Below are positions 41,240 through 56,845 of a stretch of 64,000 nucleotides of DNA, piece after piece. Position 1 is the stretch's first letter. Each line of letters starts with the position of its first letter. Both the position numbers and the translations under genes were made by a program. The notes beneath the pieces were generated by a model. It was not told where the DNA came from. It saw only the letters and a list, made by a program, of their open reading frames with translations, and did not search any database. The stretch lies in the NCBI RefSeq assembly GCF_009914755.1, contig NC_060939.1. The stretch is one strand, 5' to 3'. Source of the DNA: the human T2T-CHM13v2.0 reference genome, Homo sapiens.

Positions 41240-41615
41240 TTTATGGCTACTAGGTTGTTACTGATTTTTTTGTTATTACTATGACAACTGCCACAGTTTT
41301 CTTCTTATATGTATATACCTTGGATACTTTTGCAAGTATAATCAAAGGTGGAATTCCCAGCAGTTCCATTCCTGGGTCAAGGGTATGTAGTTAAAATTAT
41401 GATAAATGTTGTCAAATATCCTATAAAGTATGTTGAATGAATTCATGCTTTTCATCATGAGTATATATGCAATATTCATTTAGTATTATCAAATGAAAAT
41501 TATCGAGTTTAAATTTGCCTACTGGATGGGTCAAGAACGGTGTACCATTTTTGCTTTGGTTTGCATTTTTTAAAATCTCAAGTGAGGCTGAGAACCTTTT
41601 CATCACATGCATCCT
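41240..41615 (-). mobile_element. Old L1M fragment
   Basis: cctgggtcaagggtatg, gtgaggctgagaacctttcatc-type motifs. Confidence 0.6.
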
Positions 41616-42212
41616 CAATGTTGTAGGAAGTCTGGATGCTTAGGAGGGTACACCTGTGCTAAAATGTAACTTACTGCATATAAACTAAAGAGAAATAAAG
41701 CGAAAGAATAGGTTTGCCTATGATCACTCAGTGGTAAAGCTGGGGATCTAATGCTTTTTTCCAACATGGTGCATCTTTAAATATTAAAGATACAACTCCA
41801 TCCCTCTCAAATATGTCAGTAATAAGGAACAACTAGTTAGTTTTACAATTATAACTATTTAGAACTGTTATTCAAAATATCTTCTGCACAGTTTCTTGCA
41901 TTTCTTTAAATTCTATCGCTGACCAAAAAGTACTAAACAAATTAATAACAAAAGTGGCTAAAATTGTTAGTATCTAACGTCAATTTTTCATGTAATTTAG
42001 AATCAGCTGAAAAGAGGAGGGAAATTCTCCTAGTTTCACTTGTAATTAGAACCCTTGGGGTCTAGTGTCCCTTTGGAATGAAAGCATAAACCCTACTTGT
42101 CACCACGACGGCATTCCATGATATACTAATGAATCTCTCCTTGAACCCACTTATCTTCTGACCTTGATACATCTATTTTGATAAACCAAGTACCCCAGGA
42201 AATCATACTTAC

Positions 42213-42353
42213 CTTGCATTCCTCATCCAGTAAATCTAGAATGCCTAGTTTTGATTCTATAAGATTAATACAAGGCTGATTATCATAAAAATCTATGAGT
42301 GTCCATGGAATTTGTTCCTTCATATATTCTTCTTGCTCCAATTTGAAGACATG
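42213..42353 (-). CDS. MYO5A: Myosin-Va exon 12 (141 nt)
   Basis: tcag|CAT...AAG|gtaag; [47 protein letters not shown]. Confidence 0.98.
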
Positions 42354-43530
42354 CTGAAATGAAAAAGAAAAAAAGCAGTCATTACTGGATCATTGTAACA
42401 AAGAATGTAGTCAAGATGATACCAACATAATTTGAGATAATCTGTGGCTTTCAACAACAACAACCTCACGGGAGAAGCATGATTTACACACAGAGAAAGC
42501 AAATAAAACAACAGGAAAACCTCAGCTACGTAGGATTCTTGGTAAACAAGTAAATCTAGGTATATAAATATTTTAAATAGCTGATCAATGTAGCAATCTT
42601 TGTGATCTTTTGATTATGTATATTTTCAAAACTGCACTATGTACTTTTGGCTTCTTAAGTTATCGTAGAGTGCTGCTAACAACATGGGACACAGGAATGC
42701 CTTAGCTGGCATTTAACAACTATGTTGATGCCCTCCAGGCTACTGAATCATGCTGGGCAATGCTTTCAGCATAACAAAGTACTTCTCCTAAGGGACTGTG
42801 GTGCTGAAGTTCACGTGGCTCAGAATTAGTTAATGACTGGTCTTTCTCCTGACTGCCCTGATTATCTGTGATAGTCATGGAGTCTACGACTCACTTTTCT
42901 GGTTTCCACATTAAATTCTGTTAGCAACTGCAACTGCTAGTCCATTGCTATTTCCGATGAAGCCTTCAGCCACTGTCCTCACCATTGCTTCTCATCTCCA
43001 TTCACATAAAAATATGTATTAACTGTCTACCATGTGCCCATCACTGCACATGGGCAACAACACCGATGTGGATGTTGCCCTCATGGAGCTTGGAGACAAG
43101 TGGAAGAAGCGGACAGAAACCAAATAACCATAAGGAATATAATCACAAGCTGTAGTAGTATTACAAAGGAAAATAACGTGAACTATAAGAGCAAGAGTCC
43201 TCATCTAGTTTGGACACAGGCTGGTCAGGGGAGGCTTCCCTGAGGAGGGCTGTGTGATTTAGTCTCTAAAGATGAATGGCAGCCAAGCTAGTCCGGGTGG
43301 GAAGGGCAATCCAATCACTGCCACAGCTCCTGTTTCAGGGTGCTGCCCAGCCACTGCCCAGCCAATGCAGCTGACACCACCACTTCTAGTATCTACAGAT
43401 GCTAATGACTGCTACTCATTCTTGGGGAGTTTCTGCCTTCCTTTACTTATCTCTTTTGTCTCCTTTGGTTCTTTCACAAATCTTGCTATTTTTGTGGGAA
43501 GAAAAGACTTTCGTGGTGATGATCAAATGA

Positions 43531-43975
<445 letters not shown>

Positions 43976-44399
43976 TCATTTACAGTGTTTACAGTCTAAC
44001 GAGCTATTATAAGCTTTAACAAAAAACAGTCATCCATATGAATATTTATGTCATGCTAACAAGAAAGCAAATTTCTTCTGTTCTTTTGATTAATGAGAAG
44101 GCAAATAGGGCACCATATGTCAGCAGGACACCCTGACTGATGGTACGAGTATCTTCCAAAACAATGTGCTCTGTTTTTAAAAATTTCATTAATTTATATG
44201 TAGTCTCAATATTGACAATAGAAACACTGCTCTAGACATTAAATAGAGCATATTACTCACACACATCTCCATGTCTAGTTTGGAAAAGCTCCTGGGGTCT
44301 TTAAAATTTGGGATGCTCAACTGTCAAAGAATATGGGCATGAAGTTCAATATGGCAAGAGATTCTTGGTCAATATAGTAATGCCTTCAAACACTAAGCA

Positions 44400-45030
44400 T
44401 GCCAACCACGGGATTTCTCATGCTGACTGCCCCCACCTACATCCCCAGATCAGGTAACAGCCCTATGCAATCAAGTTATTTATACTGTGAGACCCCACGT
44501 TCCTAGTCACAGCTGACTAAACCAGTGTGGGTACATGAGGGCAGTCTCCTGCTAGAGACCTCTGATGAAAAAATGAACAGTGTTAATCAGATTCTCTCTC
44601 TCAGGTATTTGAACTGGGAAACAAGAAAATAATGAGGCAATTAGTAGTGGGAGTTGAAACTGAAAGAAGCCAAAATGAATGGGAGATAAGCAAGTTAAGA
44701 GGACGAGCAGAGCATTCCAACCACTGCTGGGTTCACAGGAAGTTTAAAGTGAGTGAGAAAGGAGAAAGCTTGAGGTGGAGAAGATGTATACAGACTAGAA
44801 GGAAAGAACCTGACATTGGATAGGAAGAGGGGGCAGAGCAGTTGTGCAGAATCGAAGATGCAGAATGTAAGGGGGTATGTGAAGAGAGAAGGAGAAACAG
44901 GTGGATAGAGACAGACAGCAGGAAAGAGGAAGAGACGCAAGAGACCAAAACACACATGCAGACAGGAGGCCCTTGAAAAACAGACAAACTAGCCAGTTCC
45001 TAAAGAGGCTGGCATTGCTTCCTTACATTC
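44400..45030. mobile_element. Possible old MLT1 MaLR LTR remnants
   Basis: tagtcacagctgact, aatcagattctctctctcagg...tttgaactgg motifs; degenerate. Confidence 0.4.
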
Positions 45031-45824
45031 CAGTCACTCTGTGTGGAAACACAATGGGAAAGAGTGAAAGGCTGTGGCATTAACTAAAGTATTAAGAAAC
45101 TCAGGAACACCTTGAGAAACAATAATGCTCAGTTTAGTTTCTGATAAGTTTTTATTAATGTTCTTTATGCAGAGATGCAAATCATATTAGTAGTCATCTT
45201 ATTATGGAAATAGTCATAAGCCTAAAGTTTTAAGATCACTTCTACATTATTTCACTGTGGTAAGAAGCTTAATTTGCTAAATAAAGATGGTTCAAGTTTT
45301 TTCAAAGTATATGGAATATTTAATCAAACAGTCTAAAAGGTTTTATAATGACAAGTAGCAATTCCTTGTCCCATCTCTCCCCAACCCCAATCTCGCTCCC
45401 TGGAGGCAACCATTTTTAATTCCCTTAGGTATTTCTTCTGATATTTACCTACATATTTCTAAAGAGTATGCTTATCAACTACCTTCTGATTTATCACTAT
45501 GAAACACCTAGTGATTTCGTTATGACACAAACAAGGCTAAATTCACATACACCACCTCCTTCCCGCTCTTCCACTATTCTCCCTATATTACTATTTTTAG
45601 ATCCTCTTTTGTTTTTTAACCAAATTTGTAACTTGCAGTGTCTTTAAACATCTGGTTTGTGTGCATCAACTACAAACCATACCACTTGACCTCTCTCTTT
45701 ACAAGATGAGGATTTATTAAGGGTGTCTTTCCTGCCCTTGAGCTCTATCTTCTAATTCCTATGGGCATCTCATTTTAATATCCTCTTTCATCAACACTAA
45801 GAATCACTCCCACTCTTGCACTTA

Positions 45825-46045
45825 GAACTGTGCCTGGCACATTATGGACCCTTTACATATTCCAACTCATTTAATCCATAAAACCACACACAGAAGGTAC
45901 TATTATTATCTCCATTTTACAGATGAGGAAGCTAAGGCCCAGGGAGGTCAACTAACTTGCCCAAGGTCTCCTAGATAACTGACACAGGGTAGGATTCCAA
46001 CTCACACAGTTCACCTCTGGGCTCTGTGTCCTTCACTATTACAAT
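45825..46045 (-). mobile_element. MIR
   Basis: ctccattttacagatgaggaagctaaggcccag...taacttgcccaaggtc core. Confidence 0.88.
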
Positions 46046-46577
46046 CTGCTGCCCCTGATTTTTAAGCATCTCTGAATCTCCCAAAACCACAATACTCCTC
46101 TAAGATATTTAATATTACTACTTCACAAGAGCCACTCAAAATATTCACATTGCCATTGTCCCAGTGAATGTCCCAGACTGCTGAAAAGAGAATATGTAAA
46201 ATTCTGCTTTTTAGTTCTGACATCTTGCTAATATAGCAAGTAAGCATTAAGATGGTCATGATTCCACATACAATAAACTTCAAAATAACAAACTGAAAGA
46301 TATCCTTGGGCTTAAAGCTTCATACTCCCAAGCAATTACCTAACACACTGCCTGCTTCTCTCAATCTATTTGTCCCAAATTTTCGTTATTATCAGACTGC
46401 AATCCAAGGATAACCTTGAATACCACCTGGCCCATAAAACATTTTTCTAATGTTGTACCATTCATTAATCGTCAGTTCTAAGTTCCATATAATAATTTTA
46501 ATTCACAACTTCATTCCAGGGATAAGCTTTTAAACAAAGACTAGGAATTCAAGAGAATAATTTATAGCAGAGTATTA

Positions 46578-46808
<231 letters not shown>

Positions 46809-47483
46809 TCAGTGAAAATAAAGATTTCTAAGTCAGTAACAAGGAATATGTACCCAGCAGATGAGCATCAGCCATGCAGCAGAGAGGTTTTTTTTGTTTT
46901 TTTTTTCCAAAGGCCCCAGCATGCAGAGGTGTTCAACACTATGAGTTTTTGAGGGCTCATTCACCCCCAAGTGGGGAACATCAGAATTATAATAAAGCCA
47001 TTGCTCTTGTCAATATACTGACTCACGGTGTTACACACATATAGGAGGGAAATAGGAACAGAGATCCTACAGGTTCTTTTGAAAAAGAGAACCAGAGAAT
47101 GAAAAATTAAGTATGAAACAGGCACAAATATGAAGGAAGGATTTTAACAGCTAAAGACAGGTACCCAAATAAGGCAAACTAGCAAATAAAATTAGATTTT
47201 TAGAATTTCAGTGATAATTTACCACATGAGCATCTGAAAACCAATTAAGTCTATGCACTAGCTAAGTAAATTAGCTCTAGATGTGAACTATTTTTTTTTG
47301 TTTTAGTTAAATTTTAAGCAACACGCAATTGCATCACCATCATCAAGGTATTCTTGAATTGTCATAGGCAAAGTTTCCCTTCTCTTTACCAGTAGGAAAC
47401 AGAATCAAATGCCCACTTAGAGTTACTAGATAAGTTCTAGAAAGAAATGTTCTCTGGCAGACCAATTAGCCAAATATACTCAC

Positions 47484-47749
47484 CCGTAAATGTCTAGCAC
47501 ACCAATAAAAGAGTGCTGTTTGACAGCAGAATGGAGAGCCTGATTGACATTATCTACAATCCAGTTAAAGAGCTTGGCATAGATGTGCTTGGCCAAAGCA
47601 TCGCGGGCATTCGTGGCCTGCAGCTTGGAGATGGGCTTGATGTATGTCTCTGTGGCAGTAGCCAGTTTCCGATGGCAGAGCCAGTGACACATCTCCTCAT
47701 AGTCCACACCCATGAGGTCACAGAAGATGCAGAGAGGTTCATGCTTGGG
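47484..47749 (-). CDS. MYO5A: Myosin-Va exon 10 (266 nt)
   Basis: gcag|CCC...CGG|gtgag; [20 protein letters not shown]...[10 protein letters not shown]...FIGVLDIYG (switch II start). Confidence 0.98.
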
Positions 47750-48019
47750 CTGCCAAAAGATAATGAGTTATTTCCTATGACCAGATAAATCAAGTAAGAA
47801 TCTCTCGGAAAATGTTAACAAAGAGTTAACAAATAAAATTCAGCAATTTCTTTGTTACAACAAACACCAAGATCACTCAAAGTTGATTAGTGATAATAAT
47901 CACATTCATCCATTAAACTGGCATCCAGGCAGCATTTTGCAATCTCTTCTGGGGCTCACTTCAAAAATTCCCTCTTCCTTTGACTCTTCATAGTATTTGT
48001 TTGTATCTCTCTTAAAGCA

Positions 48020-48500
48020 TCTTCATTCATTCAGTCAAAAAATCAGTCAGCTAGTCAACAATTATTTACTGAGTGCTACTATGCACCAGAAAACAAAAAC
48101 AAACATGGTCCCTGCCCTCCTAGAACTTATAGTCACTTGGGGAAATGGGTATTAATCAAATGATTGCTCCCTAAAATGAAAAATACCACAAAGACCAAGG
48201 ACACTATGCTGAGTCCATGTGAGAGTAATATATTCTATTTTGGAAGGAGGAGACAGTTGCCTTGAGAAAAGGAAGGTGCTAACTGGGTGAAAGGAGGAGA
48301 AAAGGATTTTCCAAGCCAAGGAAACAGCTGGCAAAAACATTCTGTGGTGGGAAGGAAATCATCAATAGGAAGGATTGAAGCTGAATGAGGGAGAAAATGT
48401 GAGTTGAAATCACAGAAACAGACAGAGGCTATATCCTAGCTGGTCTTTATCCTTGAAGCAATGGTAGGCCACTGAAGGATTGTAAGCAGGTAACTTGATA
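48020..48500 (-). mobile_element. L2 3' fragment
   Basis: ttcattcattca, tatttactgagtgctactatgcaccag, atggtccctgccctc. Confidence 0.7.
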
Positions 48501-48961
48501 GTTATTTGTGTGACTTTTTATATTAGAATGACTTCCATGATTTACATATCCCTGTACCCCCTAGAATATCTTCCATGAGACTTGCATGAGTAGATGTTTG
48601 ATAAATACTTGTCTAATTTAATCCATGTTAGTACATTATATTTTTCAACATCTTCAATCACATGTATCAGTCAAATCTGACATTCCTGGGGCATAGGGAG
48701 GGTGAACATTGTCTCTGGTGGATAACTGAGGAAATAGGACCCAAGAGAACAAATAGCTTGTCAAAAATCAGCTGGCAATTGATGTCAGAGTTGGCATTAG
48801 AACCTGGGTCTCCTTGACACCTTCATCTCTAGACTCTTCACACTCAAGCACCCCTTCCTTCTTTCATCCCCCTTTCTCCCAAGTAATCACTTTAGATACA
48901 AATCAGCACCACTGCCTGCTCAACTCCCTTAAATAAGCAGCCATATATATGTATGTATTTA

Positions 48962-49357
<396 letters not shown>

Positions 49358-49594
49358 TTATTGTTCTATTACATCAAGATTGTTAACTGTTTGGTTTAAA
49401 TTCTCCACAGCTTTACTCATTTTGGACTTCACCTATCAATAATTAAGAGAAGTCAATAATCTCCCACTCTGATAGCAAATTTGTCTCTTCTTGAGGTTTC
49501 TGTTGATTTTTGCTATATATCTTTCGAGGCTATGTCATTAAGTATATAGAAGTTTAGCACTATTTCATATTCCTGGTGAATAAAATCTGTTCTC

Positions 49595-49730
49595 TTCAGA
49601 GATGAGATTTCATTCTGTTGCCCAGGCTAGAGTGTGGTGGTACAATCGTACCTCACTGTAGCCTCAAACTCCTGGACTCAAGAGATCCTCCTGCCTCAGT
49701 CTCCTAGGATTACAGGCACACACCATGCAC
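49595..49730 (-). mobile_element. Truncated Alu right monomer with TSD gtgaataaaatct
   Basis: reverse monomer bracketed by a 13-nt direct repeat. Confidence 0.8.
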
Positions 49731-49944
49731 AGTGAATAAAATCTTTATCATTGCAAAGTCACTTTATTTCCCTCTAGCACTGCTTTTGGCCTCAAAGTCT
49801 ATTTTGTTCAATACGTGCACAGTGTTGCCAGTTTTGTCCTAGCTAGCATGTCTTTTCTAAACTTTTTTTTTCAAACTTTCTGTATCTCTATATTTTAGGA
49901 ATGCTTCTTTTAAAAGTATATACCTGAAACTTTTTTTTCTTTTT

Positions 49945-50305
49945 TTGACTTGTATTTTAGAATCAGGGGGCACATGTGCAGCTTTGTGCACATGTACACA
50001 ATAAAGGAATATTGTGTGATGCTGAGATTTGGAGTATGAATGAATCCATCACTTAGGTAGTGTGCATAGCTGCCAATTGGTAGTTTTTTTCAACCATTAC
50101 CCTCTCTTGTATTCCCCTGTGTCTATTGTTCCCATTTATGACCATGTGCACCCAACGTTTAGCTCCCACTTATAAGTGAGAATATGTTGTATTTGGTTTT
50201 CTGTTTTTGCATAACTTAGGATAATGTTTTCCAGCTGCATCCATGTTGCTGCAAAGGGCATGATTTCATTCTTTTTTATGACTGGGTAGTATTCCATGGT
50301 TATAT
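49945..50305 (-). mobile_element. L1P-type 3' UTR fragment
   Basis: tttagctcccacttataagtgagaatatg, cagctgcatccatgttgctgcaaagggcatgatttcattctttttt. Confidence 0.85.
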
Positions 50306-50649
50306 CTGAATTTTTTTAACCAGTCTAACAATCTAAATCTTTTAGCTGGAGCACTTGGTCCATTTTTAATTATTTATCTTATTTTGTTCTTTTGGTTGTC
50401 CTACTTTTCAACATTTGTTTTTCTCCCTCTTTCTTGCTATATTTTGATTTTTTTCAATCCATTTTCCTCTCTACTAGTTTGAAAGGTTTACTTTGTTACT
50501 ATTTTGTTTTATAATTAACATAATGTAATTAAGTAACACTAACTCCAAACATCCCATTCCAATTTATCCTCTGTTATCCAATACTTTAGTTCTACCTTTT
50601 GTGTGAGGGGGCAGGGTAGGGGACTGGAGATTCATTTTATATTTTAAAC

Positions 50650-51145
50650 TTTTTATCTAATTTTAGACTAACAGAAAAGTTGCAAGAATAGTACAAAAAA
50701 TTCCCTTCACTCAGATTCCCTAAATATTAACATTTTACCACATTCCCTTTGTTGGCCTAACAGTGCTCTCTACAAAAAATAATTAATTTTTATGGTCCAG
50801 GATTCAATCCAGGATCATGCATTGAATTTAGTTATCATGTTTCATTAGTCTCCTTTAACATGAACAGTTCTTCATTCTTCTTTGTCTTTTGTGACCTTGA
50901 CTTTTTGAAGACTCCTTCAGTTTGGGTCTCTATGATGTTACCTCATGATTAGATTTGGGCAGAAATACCAGAGAAGTGGTGTTGCACTCTGCTCAGTGTG
51001 TCATATCCAAAGCTATGTGATATTGATTGGTCTAAATATTGGTACTATCAATTGTGATCACTTGGTTAAGGGAATGTCTGCCAGGTTTCTTGACTGTAAT
51101 GATAACTATCTTTCCCTTTGTAATTAATACATGTCTTGTGGGAAT
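50650..51145 (-). mobile_element. Old L1M 3' UTR fragment
   Basis: acagaaaagttgcaagaatagtac, tccaggattcaatccaggatca, tgatcacttggttaagg. Confidence 0.75.
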
Positions 51146-51355
51146 TCTATCTTTTACCAGATCAATATACTATTATTATTCTAATTAATCAAATTTTATC
51201 TACATTTGCCCACATTTTGCTAACTTCTTAGTTCATTTCTTCTTGCATCTTAGATCTTCTAACTGGGATCACTTTCCTTCTGCCTAAACTATATCCTTTA
51301 ATATTTAATATTTCCTTTAGTGAGGGCTCACTGGCAACAGCAGATTCTCATAAGC

Positions 51356-51651
<296 letters not shown>

Positions 51652-51659
51652 TCTCATAA

Positions 51660-52250
51660 GTTTTTAATTGTCTGAAAATGCTTCCAATTTCAATTCATTC
51701 TAGAAAGATATTTTAACGGGATATATAATTCTAACTTAATAGTTTCCACTCTAAGCACACTGAAGATATTATTCCACTGTGTTCTGGCTTTTATAGCTGC
51801 AGCTGGGAAGTGAGCTATCAGATTAATTGCTATTTCTTCAAGGGCAGTCTCTTAATCTCTCTGTTTTAAGTTTCCTCTGTCTTTGATATCATTATGATGT
51901 TCTTAGGAATAGATTTCTTTTTATTTATCCTAACTGGGATTTTCTGGACTTTCTGAATATGTGGGTTAGTCATTTTCACAAGTTCTAAAAATTTTTTAGT
52001 AATGATCTCTTGGTATATTATGTCTGCTTCATTCTCTCTCTTCTCTCCTTTATGAATTTTCATTAGATTAAAATTAGACATTATTACTCTATCCTTCTTC
52101 TCTCTTAACTACTGTTTCAAGTGCTCTGTCTTTGGGTCCTATCTTGCATTTTGGACAATTTCTTCACATCTACCTTCTAGCTTATCAGTTTTCTCTTCAG
52201 TTGTACCAAATCTGCTGTTTATTAATTTTGGCATTCTTAGCAGGTATGAC
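51660..52250 (-). mobile_element. L1/HAL1 ORF1 remnant
   Basis: ORF 51866-52081 (GEKRENEADIIYQEIITKKFLEL...NPHIQKVQKIPVRINKKKSIPKNII) resembles the L1 ORF1p RRM region. Confidence 0.75.
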
Positions 52251-52844
52251 TCTGCTATCTGTCGTTTCTCCTAGCTCCTTCTATTTTGTTTCATTGGGGG
52301 ACTTGTGATTTTTGACTGTGAGTCAATATTTCTTGTAACTTTTCTGATGGGACTCCACTGAGGCCTAGACTGAAGGTGGGTCCTCCAAAGTAGATTTGCA
52401 GTTGCTTCTGTCAGGCGCCTAGGCCACTACCAGCCCAGGATCAATTTAAGCTATATTTTCTGTATGTAGTTTTTTGAGACCTTCCAGGAACTATGAAATC
52501 AGTCTGGGAATGAATATGTGTGAGAGTCAGTTTGTTGTTATAAATTTTTAGGGAGCTAGTTTTCTGCCTCTACTTGGCACCAAAGTGTGGGTCAGGTTAA
52601 GTTTTCTTTATACTCTTGGAGTGGGTGGTGGGCAAATTGATTACTAGCTCCCCACTTAGGGTCTCAGCTTTAGGCAGGAGTCTTTGTGTTCCCCTGTTTA
52701 TATGGGTCCTGTGTCTTTGCCTTCTGTAGCTCACTTGGCTATGAAACTCAAAGCTCAAGGTCACTGGGTTCAGCAAATGCCTTCAAGGTGGGGCAGAACT
52801 ATCAAATAGAGATGTCTTACCAGTAACTTTTAAAGCTCATTTAA

Positions 52845-53191
<347 letters not shown>

Positions 53192-53537
53192 CTACCCCAA
53201 ATAGTGAAATTGTAGTACTTATAGCTATCATCAAATCAACAAAGTTGACAAGCACCGGTTAGAAAATAAAAATCATAGAATTACAAGAACTGGATGGAAG
53301 GAACTTCTGGACATTATAAGTACTATTTCTCCAAGATGATATTAATAACTTCCAGACATCTCAAATAGGAAAACAGTACACTCAAATTTTAGGTAAGACT
53401 CATAATGAAGTGATATATGTGACATAACATTAGTCATGACTTTCTTGATTAGGAGAAGCTTGACATTTGGGGAAAGGTCACAAGGGCAAAGAGGAAAGAT
53501 GGTGATGCAGAAATCAGAGTTCTTTTTAAAAAATCCA

Positions 53538-53997
53538 GTTTGTATACCAACATTCAGAGTAGTGTTATTCATAACAGCCAAAAGGTGAAACAACTCAAAT
53601 ATCCAACAATCAACCAGTGGATAAACAAAATATGGTATCTCCATATAATGGACTATTATTCAGCCGTAAAAAAGAATAAAGTATTGACACGTGCTACAAC
53701 ATGGATGGATTTTGAAAGAAGCCAGTCACGAAAAACCACATATTATATGATTCCATTTATATGAAATGTCCAGAACAGGCAAATCTATAGAGGCAGAAAA
53801 CAGATTTATGGTTGCTTAGGGGTAGGGAAATAGACACATAGGTAACAATAAGTAAAGGGTACTGGGTTTCTTTTTGAGGTCACAGAAATATTTTAAACTG
53901 ACTGTGGTGATGGTTGCACATATCTGTGAATGTACTAAAAGCCACTTAATGGTACACTTTAAATGAGTATGATATACGAATTATATCTCAACAAAGC
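53538..53997 (+). mobile_element. L1MB/ME 3' end
   Basis: ttattcataacagccaaaaggtgaaac, ggataaacaaaatatggtat, atgattccatttatatgaaatgtccagaa. Confidence 0.85.
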
Positions 53998-54255
53998 TCT
54001 TTTTTAAAAGACTAGCAATGTTTCATTAGAAGAAATGAGGGTTTAAATTAGAATCATCATTTTGCCTTTTACAAAACCACCATTAGGAAAAGAGGCTGGG
54101 GGAGGGGAGGAGGAATCATGCATCTAAAATTAGGACCCATGGCTTAGGAAAACTACACCTCAAATATTCATAAAGAAAATCGTAAGGATCAAGCTTTCTG
54201 TAAACCAAACTGTCTGCCCATCTAGCTCTTGGCCCTTGGACTAATAAATAAGTTA

Positions 54256-54570
<315 letters not shown>

Positions 54571-54829
54571 TTATGGAACAAGTCTTCTCTTTAAATCATA
54601 AAGTCATTTATTTTATATTATATCATGTCTCACACATCTAATATAGTATCAAAGTACTATATCCAGAAAACACAAGAAATAGATTCTTTTCTTACAGGAG
54701 TAGAGAATCTGTTTTTACACAAGAGGCTATAGATCCAGAGAAAAAAGGCAACTAAGTGAGTTGAATAAACACCATTTAAATTAAGGCCTTAATTAAGAAT
54801 ACCACAATGAATAGCATGGCTCTATCCAC

Positions 54830-55230
54830 AAGGACTTCAAATCCTAGTGGGTAAAGGCAAGCAGGAGAGACCTTTATAGAACAATGTGATTTGAGCTACA
54901 ATAAAGGAAAGCAGAAGGGTGAGTGTGTATCTAAGAAGAGATGCTAGAGATCTGCCTGTGAGACGTGAGTAAGAGCTGGCTAGGGAAGAAGAGCAATGTA
55001 TGTACCCCAGCAGGGAGAATCTGAGCAAAGCCAGGAGAGAGAAACAGCCTGGCATGGAAATGGCTGGATGTAGAGTGTGAGAAGCAATGAGAAAGAAGCT
55101 CAATAGGAAGTCAGGGGTCAGTCATGAAGGCCCTTTCATGTCATATCATGCCAAGTAAGGTGTTGGGTCTGCTTCTGAAGGCAGTGGGGAGTCCTGAAAC
55201 ATTTCAGTAAGGGCATGATATGATCCCTAA
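54830..55230 (-). mobile_element. L2 fragment
   Basis: gcagtggggagtcctgaaacatttcagtaagggcatgatatgatc-type L2 motifs. Confidence 0.5.
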
Positions 55231-55306
55231 TAGCTTTAACTTCCATGAGTTTCTGATCTTGTGGGGCCACATCTGCGTTATAGTCACTAATCTCATCTAT
55301 CCAACC

Positions 55307-55329
55307 CTCTCTCTTTCTCTCTCTCTCTG

Positions 55330-55368
<39 letters not shown>
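55307..55368. repeat. (CT)n...(CA)n compound microsatellite
   Basis: seen directly. Confidence 0.95.
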
Positions 55369-55371
<3 letters not shown>

Positions 55372-55565
55372 ACTATGCACCAGAGATTAGAATCCATATT
55401 TCTTTATTCTCAGTTTGAGATTCTCCTTTGGATAACATATGTCTTTGATAATTATGTTTCTGATAATATTGATAGAGAGACTTAAACTATATTGCTTCTT
55501 TAAACAATCTACAAATCTAAAACATAATTCAACTGCCATCCCACTAAAGCTTATTCTGAACTTAC

Positions 55566-55672
55566 AGGTATTGTGCAGCTGTCTGCATCTCGGGATGTAA
55601 ATCCAACATTGCCTAAGTGAAGGATGCCAGCAAGTATTCGGAAAATTCCCATTTGATGAGATTCACTAATTC
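55566..55672 (-). CDS. MYO5A: Myosin-Va exon 9 (107 nt)
   Basis: tcag|GAA...CCT|gtaag; [35 protein letters not shown]. Confidence 0.97.
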
Positions 55673-55889
55673 CTGAAACAAGAGAGTGAATGAACAAGTG
55701 ATTAATTTCAGAATAGAAACTAAACAATTACAGCAGACAATTTTAAGCCTATTGTTAATTCCTGAATATTGCCAGATGTTGTGCATATTATAACGTGTCA
55801 TAGCTAACAACACTTTCATCTTTGTTGACATTAACACATTAGGCAGTTTAGCATCATGGATGGATAACATGGCTGCTGACTGTGGCTGA

Positions 55890-56095
55890 TCTGGCTCGAG
55901 ACCTGGCTCTGCTATGGACCTATCATCTCAAATGGACAGGTAGCTTCAGTATTCTATGCTTCCATTTTCTCATTTGAGATATGAAAATAATAGTGACTAC
56001 TTCAAAGTATGTGAAGATTAAATGAGATTAAATGCACATAGCATACTTAATACACGACATGACACACAGTAAGTGCTAAACAAATTGTTGTCATC
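55890..56095 (+). mobile_element. MIR
   Basis: tgtgaagattaaatgagat...cacacagtaagtgctaaacaaat. Confidence 0.72.
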
Positions 56096-56547
56096 ATTGT
56101 CACACACTGGGTTTAAAATTAATAGTATTACCATTTCTATTTATCTCTGCTCCAGATACAGCCCAATAAAGCTGTTACTTCTTAAGGCTGTTTAAAAAGT
56201 AATTATTTAATTACTTCTTTAAACTACAGACCAAGTATAAGTCAAAGAGACGCCAAGATTAGAAGCGTTTAGGCTGGTGCTATATCCCAGCCTGATGAGT
56301 ATGCGTCCAAATACAGCATCAGAGCAGAACTTGAAGGATAAGGCAGGATGAGAAAGCTGGACAGCTTTCAGCTTTTATCAGATCTGGCTTCATTTTTAAA
56401 TAACATAAGAATCTCCAGAAAATTAGCTATAATTACATGCAAATAGAAGCAGTGAAATTATTTCCAAATATGTAATCTTAGAAAGGGTAATTCAGTAATG
56501 ACCCTATAATTAATGTTTTTTACCATCTCCTGCATTATGGCTTTTTC

Positions 56548-56630
56548 TTTTTTGTTTTTTTGACACACAGTCTCACTCTGTCACCCAGGCTGGAGTGCAG
56601 TGGTGTGATCTCAGCTCACTGCAAACTTTG
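56548..56630 (-). mobile_element. 5'-truncated Alu with TSD tatggctttttc
   Basis: about 65 nt of Alu 3' end plus T tract between 12-nt direct repeats. Confidence 0.85.
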
Positions 56631-56689
56631 TATGGCTTTTTCAAATTCACAAATTTACTATTTACAAACAGATTTAGCACGAGAAGAAA

Positions 56690-56845
56690 TGCAGTGATTT
56701 TCAAACTTTTAATATGCATATGAATCACCAATAGATTTTGATAAAATGCAGATTATGTTTCAGTAGGTCTGAGAAGGGATTTGAGATTCTGCATTTCTAG
56801 CAAGGCCCACAATGGTCCTGGTCCACACTGTAATTAGCAGTGCTT
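56690..56845. mobile_element. MER5-family MITE
   Basis: cagtgatttttcaaact...gaatcacc...aaaatgcagatt...cagtaggtctg...tgagattctgcatttcta. Confidence 0.78.
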
